Positions 24,793-36,391 of a stretch of 64,000 bases of DNA are shown here, piece after piece; position 1 is the first letter of the stretch, and each line of letters opens with the position of its first letter. Below the pieces are notes generated by a model. That model saw only the letters and a list, made by a program, of their open reading frames with translations, searched no databases and had not been told where the DNA came from. The translations under genes were made by a program, and so were the position numbers. Source of the DNA: Gnetum montanum (taxonomy: Eukaryota; Plantae; Gnetophyta); the NCBI GenBank assembly GCA_015680685.1, contig MNCI01000550.1:171737-235736 (forward strand), written 5' to 3'.

Positions 24793-26053
24793 CACTGCAG
24801 TATGCGATGATTGCGATCAAAGCAACAAACGAAAACCAAAATTTCGTTGCAGACAAATGAAAGTAGAGGAATTGATCGATAACCCAGGAGACGATCACTG
24901 AAGAAGGAAGATGTGCAGATTTAAAATTTAGCGCGGCATAAAGAGGGCGAATAAAATTTGGTATTTCTGGAACGTAGAGTTACAGTCTCTGGATTCCGTT
25001 TTCAGAATTCTGTCTTATGCCTCACTCTACATTGTTTCTCTGTAAATTATTTTGTTACATCGGAGCTTTTTTAGTATACTTTACACACCATGCTTGTCCC
25101 GTAGGCCATATAAGTCCATCAATTCTTCCGTGGTTCCGTTAAAACGATGTCCAACGGTCATTCGTAGAAATTCCAAGTCACAACTATAATTAATTTCAGA
25201 TTTTTTTTCAACAAAGAAATACACTAGTATAATAACACAGTTGTGGTAAATCTGTACTATTTTTCAGTTTATGCTAATCAGACATAAACTAAGATAATTT
25301 TGAAGGTGACAAAAGTTTTATATATGTAAAAAGGCTTTAAAATTTTGATAATAACCTCAAGGCACGTTCCTAGCAATAGGAACCAATCATCATTAAAAAT
25401 TGTGGGTTGAAATGAATGTTTTGTAGACCCTTGTTAATGATGATATAAGTTATGAAAAGTTAAGAAATTCCTTCCTTGTTTTAGAATGGACTATACAATC
25501 CATAACTTGCAACCTCCTACCTCCTTCAATGTGCTAAACGACACTTGAAAACTTTTAATCCTAGAGAACTTGATCGAACTCCAAATTTTAACTTGTATAT
25601 TTCTTTCATCGACAATATTATTAATATTTTAATCCTTAAATACAATAACATAAATTTATTAGACGAGGGAGTTAGAACCTTAAAAAAATATTAATAATGA
25701 GCAAAGCAAATTCAAAGAATATTACATACTTGATATGAAGTAAACAACATATAAAAATATGGAAAGGAAAAAAATTTTGATTTTAGGACTATTTACTTAG
25801 GTGTGCAACTTTACAATTAATGCTTAAGAAACTAGGTGAATTTCTAACAATGTTTACATCACTTTTCAACATCCATACCTAAACTTAAAATAGCAAAAGG
25901 ATTCAAGATAGAGAGTTGTGGCTTCATATTGATGAGCAGGGAGTAGACCCTACACCCAACAATATGAATCACTAACCATTCATGGGTGATTCGATCAAAT
26001 TCTATGGACTTATAGCCTTCTAAGTACATTGGTCTCTAGGAAGTGAAACTAAC

Positions 26054-26984
26054 TAATAGTGGTGAGATACCCTTACACTCAACCATACGAATACAAGCGT
26101 TCACGCATGATCCGGTTGAACTCCGTGGATAGGCTAGTTGTGGTATCTAGATCATTACACGTTGATCGCAGTTCACTGTCTTTAGTCTTGGACTAGTATT
26201 TGCTTTATCACGTATGGTTTAGTCCAGAGTGAGGTGTATGATGTGGGCCTAAACTAGTGCTACTCCTAGAGGCAATGGAAAATAACTTTGTTTTAGCTAA
26301 GAGGGAGTGGGAGAAGAGAATCTAAGCTAGCCTAAGTGCAATGAGCATCCGTCCTTAATTATCTGTACACATCTTGGACTTCGTGTACTACTTCTGGGCT
26401 TACCAAGCGTGTATTACTTAAGCACTCCTAGATACGCTACTGGGTTATCAAGTAGTTACACTTCAATGTTTGTGATTAAGTCGTACTTATTCTGGATTTA
26501 ACAACAAGAATAGTAAATGATGGTAAAGAAATATTAACTAAGAAAAAAATAAATAACAATAACAATTAAACAATTAAAACTAAGTGAATGCTGCAATGAT
26601 GGAGTAATCTCAATCTTTATTGCTGATCATGTGCGTGTCCAAGTACATCACACTCGAATAAAGGTTCCGTACAATTACAAACATCACACTGTGGGCATGC
26701 ACTTGGGAAAATAGTCTGACTCCTACGGAAACAAACTGCAAGGGCTTCACTACAACTTAAACATAAGATACCTAAATGTGGTAGGTGCATGCATATTTAT
26801 AGCAAAAAATAAACTCTGTGTTGACAAGGCCACGTCAACGTGTGGAAAGATGTGTCGATGGGGTCACGTTGACAAGGCCACGTCAACGTGTGGAAATATG
26901 TGTCAACGGGGTCACGTTGACACAGCCACGTTGACAAGGCTGCGTCGACGTGGCCCAACCAACACAGTTGACTTGATGCTTCAT
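26054..26984 (-). repeat. Solo LTR (type C R/U5) nested inside the type B LTR
   Basis: TSD CTAAC (26049-26053 and 26985-26989); the host LTR resumes collinearly with the 63399 LTR on both sides; homologous to 45970-46869. Confidence 0.82.
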
Positions 26985-27949
26985 CTAACCATTGCAATCA
27001 TTGTCTTCCCAATTACACTTGTGAAATGCAAAGGTATGGTTAAGTGCAACTAAGGCATATGATTTTTATCATTTTTACATTTCATGTTTTAAGTTTCCTA
27101 AGAATAATGAATAATGAATAAAATAATTAAATTGCTATTTAATCTAACTAGCTACAATTAACTAATCTTAACATAAGCATCCATTCCCACTCATTGTACA
27201 CATCCTAAACATGTTTAGCGCTACTAGGTTACCAAATGTTAAGCGTTACTGGGATTACCAAGCACCAAGCGTAAGCTCAAAGTGATCATACTTATGTGCT
27301 TAATTAATCACTATTTAATCTATCTTAATTTAACTTACTTTATTACTTTATTACTTAAAGCATTAAAGGAGATTGCATATAACATTTAAATGCATAAAGG
27401 AAATAATTAATCTATTTCAAAGTGCTCTGTAAGGTTTATCAGAAATCTCGTCTTTATTGCCCTACACACTGCCCTGCTCAAGTGCAATAGTGCTCGAATA
27501 AAGATCCATACACTCTTTGACTCCTACTGCAGGCACTTAGAAAAATATTCTAACTTTCAAGTGGAAAAACTACTAGAGCTTTGCTACAACTATGATAAAA
27601 GATGTCATAAACATAGTAGGTGAGCACATATTTATAGGTCAAAATAAACACTACATCGATGAGACTATGTCGATGGGGCCTTGTCAACGTAACCCATGGC
27701 GCGATTTATCATACCTCCACGACTAAATGAAAACTCATCCTTGAGTGAACAAAAATAGGAACAAGTTTCTTACAAAATTTTGGGAAGGTATGGGATTATT
27801 AACTAACTACTAACATACACAAACATGAAGTGTTTGAGTGTATGAATTTATAATCATTACAAAATTTTGGTGTTCAAAACAAAAAAATTGAACACTAGGA
27901 CAAAAATGGCAAACACAATTCCTTTAATGATGCGAAGACAAGGAAAAAG

Positions 27950-30440
27950 TTCAAACGGTCCTAGGTAGTGGAGGTTCTTAAGGCTTTGAATAACCTTCTC
28001 CTACTTCAGGTGCACGCAGTGGTTAAGGTGGTTGTGGTTGGCCTACAGCAGCTACAACCTCTGGTGAAAGATGAAAGGCATCCAACAGCACCTTCATCTT
28101 CTCCTCTTTACTCCTGGTATCGTTCACATTCCACACTTGCATCGTGAATTGGGGCCGATGTGGGAACATCCCAAGGATAGGGCATTGCCGGGAATAGCTC
28201 CTTTGCATTAACAAACCAAGCAGCAAAAAGTTTGCATTCAACATTGAACACCTTTACTGAATTTTGTAGCTCCTAGTAGTCATTCATTTTCCTAGCCAGG
28301 TCCTCAGCTGTAGGCCATTAATTGGTGAAGTGTTGCTTAAGAACATCGAGTTTTGCATTTGCCACCTTAAGCTTCTGCTTGGTGTCTTTGTGATGCTTGA
28401 ACTCTGCTTCGTACAACAAGTACAAACTAGCCAATTGTTTCTCTAATTCAAACCATGGTCGTCTGGCAATCAACATCACCAAATTTGCATAACAAAGATT
28501 GGCAAGCTCCATACACTTCATCATCACCTCGATCTGTAGCTCCTTCATGTAGATCTCCACCTTGTTGTAGTCATTGAGCCCATCAAAGATAGGTTGCCAA
28601 ACATCACCTCCTTCCTCGAGCTACTAGAGGGCCTCATTAACTTTTGCCTTCGCCAGCTAGATGTGTTTTTCATTGATATCTTTTTGTAAACTGACTTGAT
28701 CTCTGTAGTGACTTTTGCCTCTCTCAAATTTGAGAGCCTCATTTTTCATGATGACTATCTCTATCATAGATTTTTGTGAAGAGCTTGAACTTCCTTCATG
28801 GAGAAGTTTCTGTTTTCAACTACCAAGCTCCTTAGTTCATTGTTCACTGTGGTTAGTTGCTCCTACTATTGATGGATGAAATCTTGCATTTGCTGCTTTT
28901 GCACATTAACATTTTGTAGGTGATGATTTTCTACAATCAAAGTTACATTCTCCTGACAAGTCTAGTCCAAGGCCTTTTGGATATTATGCATGGTGGCATC
29001 AACCAAGGACTAATCAAAGATCATCATCTCCTTTGCATCCTCAACATTCTTGAGCTTGTTCTAAAGTTGTTGAAAAGCATCATGGGTCATTGTAGGGTTG
29101 AGAAGCACAGGATTAGCAAGGTGAGCTCTTAGTTCAACAACCTTTGCAATCAAGTGTTGGTTTTGAGCTTGGGCTATTTCGAGTTTCCCCTCCATGATAA
29201 TGCATTTGCCCCTTACTTCCAACAACTCCTACTAGGTTATAGAAATTGTAACCAAAAGGTCAAAGACATCTCAAATTAATTTCTCAATTCCCACCAGTTA
29301 GTCTAGCAACTTCTCATGCTGGGCTACACTTAATCTACCACTAATTGTTCCTACAGATGTCTACACATCTCTAAGTGCAGAAACATCTGGTATAAATGCT
29401 ACAAGGGCATTCAATGCCTCATTAATTCTATCAGCAGCCACCTCTACTACTGTCTCTTGCTCATGGTACTGCTTCACCTAGACAGTTGCCCCCTTGTCCT
29501 CCTCTAGATGCATTGAGAAAGTAGTGGCATTCCTAGAGATTTCTGGGAATTTCTACTGTTATGAGAGAGATACTGTTACCTCTTGGATGCTAGGATTCAA
29601 TCTCATAAGTAGCTATGTTCGTTGGGCTGAGAAAATTGATCCACCTTCCTTCATCCAGTTGATGGTTTGAGCCACTTCATTGAGGTGACTCATAGCTGAG
29701 CGATACACAAATGGATCACCACCACTCATTCCTACTTGTGGCTCTTGCTCATGCAAGAGCTACTCTCGAATCTTGCGCATTCATTCAAGGGTAGCGTGGG
29801 ACTTTAACGTTGTTTTGTGAATGGGTTATAAAGGTGTTGGTTATTGCTTCTCTTCCTTAGTTGTGGCAGGGGCCTTGTCTTTGATCATTTCTTCCTAAGA
29901 GGCAGAAGGAGCATGCTTGGTTACATCATTGGCATAGCGAACTATTCCTACCCTTTTGCACAATTTTTTGATGAGGTAGGGATAGGGCAGGGCCTTCCTT
30001 CCATGTTCATTCTCTTTGAACCGCTTCTTTATCTCTAGATAGATTAGCTATGGAAGATTGATGGGAAATTTTCTACTCAGAGCATCACATGCATAGGTAG
30101 AAAAGGTAGTCACCTTACTAGCCCACATCGTCAGATTGAGGTGATGGGCCGCTATCTTGAAATACATTCGTTCAACCATAGTGAGCACACCATACTCCTA
30201 GCAATTCACTCCATAGCATTGTTGGGTCCACTCCTTCTTTACCTCAAGGTCTTCCTGAGTTGAGATCTCTGCCAAGCTAGTTCTAGTATCAAGTAAGCTG
30301 AGAGCCTATGTGATTGCTTCCACTAAGTAGGACATACAAATGTCCTTGATTCTTACTGTGGCACCTAGTTGCTAGTTGTTCCAGAAGAGGTAGGTCTCTC
30401 CCATGTACCACTCCCCATTAGAAGTGATGATTGACCACAT
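27950..30440 (-). pseudogene. Athila ORF2/env-like accessory protein (Transposase_32-like domain plus long coiled coil), degenerate
   Basis: ALSRKFPINLP*LIYLEIKKRFKENEHGRKALPYPYLIKKLCKRVGI (~30080-29940) fits the Athila ORF2 IN.G.II..EI...LP(F/Y)P.LIT.LC...GV pattern; E/K/L/Q-rich coiled-coil fragments downstream (e.g. 28318-28560). Confidence 0.65.
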
Positions 30441-30456
30441 GGGAGAGGTCCGTAAT

Positions 30457-33400
30457 TAATGGGACGCAATATCGCTTGGGCCACGATATTGCGTCTTCCC
30501 TTGCGATATCACATACGTAATATCATAGCGTAGCACCAAATCTATAAATAAGAGGCAGCTCTCCCTTGTTTCTCAATCTAGATCTAGACCGTAGCCAAAC
30601 TCTTGTAGTTTTTCCATTTTAGAGTTAGAGTAATTTCCATGTGCCCGCAGTAGGAGTCCCAAAGTGAACAGATCTTTATTCAAGCAAATATTGTACCTGA
30701 GCACCCGTTTGTGTACGGAAATAAAGATGAACTTTTGGATAAACCTTGCAGTGCATGGACTAAGCTAAATAGGACTTTAATTAATTTTATTTACTACTTT
30801 ACTAATTAATCTCTCTCAACCCTCAACACTCCTAAGTGCATTTAATATGACCACTTCGAGCATGTGCGTTACACTTGGTAATCCCAACAACGAATAGCGT
30901 TTGGTAATCCTAGAAGGTTGCATCGGCTCAGGGTGTGAACGGCAAGTGGGAACGGATACTAATGCTAGGCATTAGAACTTAGTTAATTAAAGTTAGTTAC
31001 TTAGTCTCTTCACCTTTTCCCTCATTAGCATAGGCGATAAAACATAAAAGATATAAAAATCACATACCTCATACTTACTTAACCATACAACCGTGACAAA
31101 TACAAGTCTAGGAAGACAACAAATGATTAACCTTAAGTGTTCCATAAGGCGTGTAGGCACTTAGTCTACGAAGTTCGACTGGATCACGCTTGTAACGCTT
31201 GTATTCGTATGGTTGAGTGTAGGGGTACCTCGCCACTCATCATTGGCGCCGCTGCCGGGGACTAAGTTATTTGTGCGCTAAGTAGAACATAGGAAATCAT
31301 CCACATTGTTGGGAAGATTAAACAAACCCTTAGGGTTAATCAGGAGAAATTTTAAACAATGGTCAATCAGCACACCGAATAAGAGACAATGTCTTCTTCT
31401 TCTCATAAAAGCACTTCACCACCTAGGGATCACACAAGAGATCGTCGGCGGTCTTACATGCATAACTGAGAATCGCCAGTTCCTCAACAGTATCAAGTGG
31501 TATATACTCATCCCGATGAGTATATACCCAATTTTACTTTTATCCTTCATCAGGATGAACAACTGCATTGGCGTGATTTTCAAGGTAACATAGTGTTACC
31601 CCTAGATCGGGCAGTCCCTAACATGCTCCTTCGTGCTCTTACACAAATAGCCATGACCCAGCTATACGCTGAATACATTGCAGAAGATTATGACACAAGG
31701 TATTACCATCCCACAACGGTGCAACGTTTAAGGGACTCACTGCAGGAGAGCTACCATACATCGTTGAAGGGCAAAGGGGTCCCGCACGTCCTGAGAGAAA
31801 TTGGAGATAGTGAACCAGTTATAATAGGTTCTCCATCAAATGATGTTCCCCCTCCTAATGATGGTGAGGAGGTGGGGTATCAAAACCTACATTCCACGAT
31901 TCACAACCCTGGTTCTAACCCCCATGAACATCAAGTGTTCATTGAGGGAACAAAAACACATGACAAGGATGGGCATTTAGATCATTATCACAATCGGGGC
32001 CGTAGCCACCGAAGAAAAGGTAAGAAACATTGTCATGGAAATGGTTTCCCTTCTTCTTTCCCTTCATCACATTATTCACCCTCTCCTTCCACATCAGGAT
32101 GCAGTCACAAAGAGTACAACCATGAGGATAATGGTAAGCAAAATGAGAGACCTCGACAAGAGAGTCGAGAGCGAGGACAAGGGCATTCAAGAGAATCAAG
32201 GCATGAAAGAAGGAAAAGTAGGGAACCACGTAGGAATCACAGACGTCATGAGAGAGATGATCATGAAAAACCCCTACTAGCAATCCAAAGTATGTTAGAC
32301 ATTACGAAGGCAGTTAGAATACCTACAAGGCACCAAAAAGATAGTCGGATCAAGAGACTAGACATGAATAATATCCCACGGTTTGAGGGGGGATACAATG
32401 CTAATCCACAGAACCACTTACAGGCATTCCATGATGCTTGTGCCTTGCAGAATATTGAAAATGAGTGGCAGAAGTTAAAGTTATTTCCTAGGACACTCAT
32501 AAAAGAAGCAGAGAGTTGGTACCAGTCCTTAGAACTAGAAACCATTAGGAGGTGGAGTACAATGCTAGAATTGTTTAACGATAAATACCAAACGTACTCC
32601 AGAGTGTCCAACTTGCNNNNNNNNNNNNNNNNNNNNNNNNNNNNNNNNNNNNNNNNNNNNNNNNNNNNNNNNNNNNNNNNNNNNNNNNNNNNNNNNNNNN
32701 NNNNNNNNNNNNGGAGATTATCTAAACTTAGGTCCCATGAAGTTCATAGATTGTTGGAGCAAGTAGCTAAAGAAGAAGGGGAGCTACGGAAAAGAGAAAG
32801 CATGGAAGAGTACAACCGCGATCCTTCCCTTCGAAAGAAGGGAGTGAGATTCTACGATGAAGAGGATGAGTCACCACTCAAAGAGTTGGTGAATAGAAAA
32901 ACCTTGCTGCTCTAGAAATTAACAACGAAAGTGTTGGCTAAGGTAGATGAAATATGGAGCTCCTTAGATAGTAAAATTAAAATTGTTTTAAAAATCGTAG
33001 AGGAGTTTAAGGAGGAACAAAGTAGTAACCATGATAAGAAAAAGTGGAGAGATCCAGGCCATGCACGTGACAAGAGTAAGAGAAAAATGACTATCTCTAA
33101 TGAGGTTGTAGATTTGGATACAAACAATGATGGTGGATGTGAGATCTGCCAATATGACCATCCTAAGGGATGTTGCCCAATAATCTCACATCTGCAAGAG
33201 TTCGGGGTGTATGCACTCAACCTAAGACTTAATAGATGGTAGGCACCCCGAAGGTTACCTTATCCCCAAGGTAACCCAAGGCAGTTCCACTAACTGTTAA
33301 CATATTATCCAAGTGGAACTCCGCCACAACCTATCGGGCAACACCAGCAGTGGCAATACCCACAGTCATGGGGGATGCCACCACCTAGACAACAATACCC

Positions 33401-34562
33401 TTACTGACAACCAGATCCATATGGCTATTACATGCAGCAACTAGTCTCTTCACCTAACTCTGTAGGTCATGTGACACCACGACATCACTACCAAGTTTGG
33501 GAGTATTTTAGGACTCCTTCTCCTACGGGAGACACACCACATGCGTACCATCCTCCAAATCTATCCGCCACTCTTATGCTGGTAGTTCCACTACCACCCA
33601 CTCCAACGATGCAAGGGGAACTCCCCACTCAACCGCAGGAATGTAATGCTACGAGAGATGTAAACCTTCAACCCACTACTGGTTCTAACAATTGTACAAA
33701 GAGAAGGCCTTTCTTTAGAACCAGGAGTCCAAACAAGCTCTCACAACCACAAGCAGTTGAGTCTATGACCACTCCTCCAACAAATAAGGCTTTGGAACTC
33801 CCTTCAAACCAACAACAGAGCTCAACATACACAATTATGTTAACAATATCGTTACTGACTAGATCAAGGTAGGCCACCTTCCCAGGAAACTCTTTGACCC
33901 TGGAAGTCTCTTAATCTACCTCCAGTCATTGGAAATGAACCTCATAAGGCTCTTCTTAACTTAGGTTCTGAAGTCAACTTAATCTCATGAGAAATATTCA
34001 ACTAGAGTTGGCTAACCAATCCATCACTATTCCCTTGGGATTGGTGGAGGACATCAAGCCACTGTGTGTGGTTGGTCATACCCAGCTGATTTCCTAGTAA
34101 TAGAAGTCAACAGTAACAAAGGGGACTTCCCAATTATAGTGGGAAGGACATGGCTGAGTACAATAGATGCATGCCTAGGAATCCGCAATCTTTCCTTGGA
34201 AATATTTAAGGAAAAAATTTATGGAAAGATCGAGAAGAAGAAGGTTCCATGCATCACATATAGTGACTCAGAGGATGATGACTTGGAGGAATGCTCAGCA
34301 TCTCCTACATGCAACTGGTATGCCCAAGAAACTCAGATACAAAGGTGCCTATATGTAGCAACCACACAACAAGAGAACACCTAGTGGTTGATAACTAATC
34401 AAGAGAGTAGCCCACCAACATGCATGGAATGAACTGAGGCAACAACTTGCATCCACAACGAAAGCATAGATACATTGGAGTATGAGCGTTGTCGACTTCC
34501 ACTCCTTAACCTGAAAACATCAATCGGAAGAAGTTGGACACTTCTAAAAAATTTAAATAGGC
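30457..34562 (+). mobile_element. Athila-like element (LTR type A), 5' LTR 30457-31242, PBS 31244-31261, gag-protease, 3' truncated
   Basis: PBS TGGCGCCGCTGCCGGGGA; gag from ATG 31389; CEICQYDHPKGCC knuckle; protease ALLNLGSEVNLI and YPADFLVIEV..FPIIVGRTWLSTIDA. Confidence 0.88.
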
Positions 34563-34953
34563 ATCATACCTCCACGACTAAATGAAAACTCATCCTTGAG
34601 TGAACAAAAATAGGAACAAGTTTCTTACAAAATTTTGGGAAGGTATGGGATTATTAACTAACTACTAACATACACAAACATGAAGTGTTTGAGTGTATGA
34701 ATTTATAATCATTACAAAATTTTGGTGTTCAAAACAAAAAAATTGAACACTAGGACAAAAATGGCAAACACAATTCCTTTAATGATGCGAAGACAAGGAA
34801 AAAGTTCAAACGGTCCTAGGTAGTGGAGGTTCTTAAGGCTTTGAATAACCTTCTCCTACTTCAGGTGCACGCAGTGGTTAAGGTGGTTGTGGTTGGCCTA
34901 CAGCAGCTACAACCTCTGGTGAAAGATGGAAGGCATCCAACAGCGCCTTCATC
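34563..34953 (+). repeat. Near-identical 391-bp direct copy of 27708-28098
   Basis: Gapless alignment at offset 6855 with two mismatches seen. Confidence 0.9.
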
Positions 34954-35325
34954 AAGTTCCCTTGAAGTCACACCCTTTTTATTCCTTGATTTCTTCCTTA
35001 GTTTGAGAAATACCCAATCACCGATTCGTTATAATTCTTATTATTGAGAAAGAGACTGTACAGTTCCAAGCCAAGAGAGACCATAGAAATTTGTGGATGT
35101 ATGGATGAAGTGGACTCATTGCCTGTCATATCAAAAGAACCATACCTTAGTATCAACATCATAATCTTAAAGGTAAAAATCAAACATTAGCAACTAGTAG
35201 AAAACAGTTCATACCATCATTTAATAACACTCATTGGGTGATGAACTTAACAAAATGGATAAGACACACACATTCACATGAATAAAAAAAAAAGTATGAA
35301 CAATAAGAATTACACCTGTTACACC

Positions 35326-36391
35326 TGTTACACAAAACATAAGAATTACGTGGTTCTCCAACTTGCGTAGCACACACTCAAAGGGTAGATTCCTTGCACA
35401 CCTCTAAACTTTGTTTCTTTTAAAATGTCATTTAGAGGACACTATAACCTTTACAAAGTTTGAGCTCCATTAAGAATAATTTTGTCGCTGTGAAAACTCT
35501 CAACCCTGTAAGGTCCCAACAAGCTCAAGAGTGGTTTAAAGGATCCCACAACCTATACAAAATAGAGCTTTTTCCCTAGAGTGTTTTGTTGCAACAAAAC
35601 AACTCAATCTCGTAGGATCCCAACAAGCTTTAAAAGGATGCCTTCTCACAAGAAGTGCATAAACCCTTTAGGGCAGCAAGAAAAGGAAAAGAACCACAAG
35701 GAGAGAGTGTAACTGAATTTATGAATTCCTTATACAATGAAGCATAACTCCACATCAAATCTAACAAATGATGTGACAATTCAAGTACATAAGTACAACA
35801 AAATAAAATAGATAATGATAACTTTGATGTTGACAATGCTTGCATAATTCCCAAGATTTTGTAGTTTACTTATAGCCTTAGAGTTTCCGAAACTACATCG
35901 AAATTCATGCAACAACTATTTAATGGCTAGTGTAGATATCTCCTTCGAGATTGGGACATCTTTTTGCATTCAATTTCCACTCTAGGGAGACATCTCTTTT
36001 CAGAGTAGGATGTCTTTGGGGAGATGTCTTCTTTCCAAAGGAGACGTCTCCTATTTTTGGGAGATGTTTTCCTATGATTGACTTCCTCTCGACCAAGACA
36101 TCTTTTATTCCTTGGAGCTATCTTCTCATCTTTTGAGCTCTGGTTCCTGAATCTTTCTCTTGTTGATTTAGCTTCCTCTCAATTCCTAGAGTATCTTCAT
36201 TTAGCTTGTAGTCTTCATACATGTCCATTCTCTCATTTTGCCTATGAAGTCTTTTACTTTGATAGCCATGCTTTCTTGAGTCCTTGTTCATGATGTGGAG
36301 TTCTTATTCTTTTCTTGTACATACAACATCCACAAGAAACATCTTTTGTTCTCCATTTTCCTTAAGGTTTTGACATACTAAAAGGTCAACA
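35326..36391 (-). repeat. Probable old solo LTR of another family
   Basis: TGTTAC...TCAACA termini and an internal GAGA(C/T)(A/G)TCT repeat cluster at 35935-36125; TSD not clean. Confidence 0.35.

Larger units (their letters stand above)
25930..30456 (-). mobile_element. Athila-like element (LTR type B), 3' part: 3' LTR 25930-27711 plus env-like/ORF2 region
   Basis: LTR homologous to 63399-64000; purine-rich GTGGAGGTA next to the LTR start; upstream degenerate ORF; truncated by the type A LTR at 30457. Confidence 0.8.

Noticed and set aside
24521-24901. Ser-rich plus-strand ORF
   Set aside because: It is the antisense shadow of the acidic exon 1 of the SAP gene.
26818-26952. Regularly spaced palindromes resembling a CRISPR array
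   Set aside because: The spacers are themselves repeated, the context is a eukaryotic LTR U3 and there are no cas genes.
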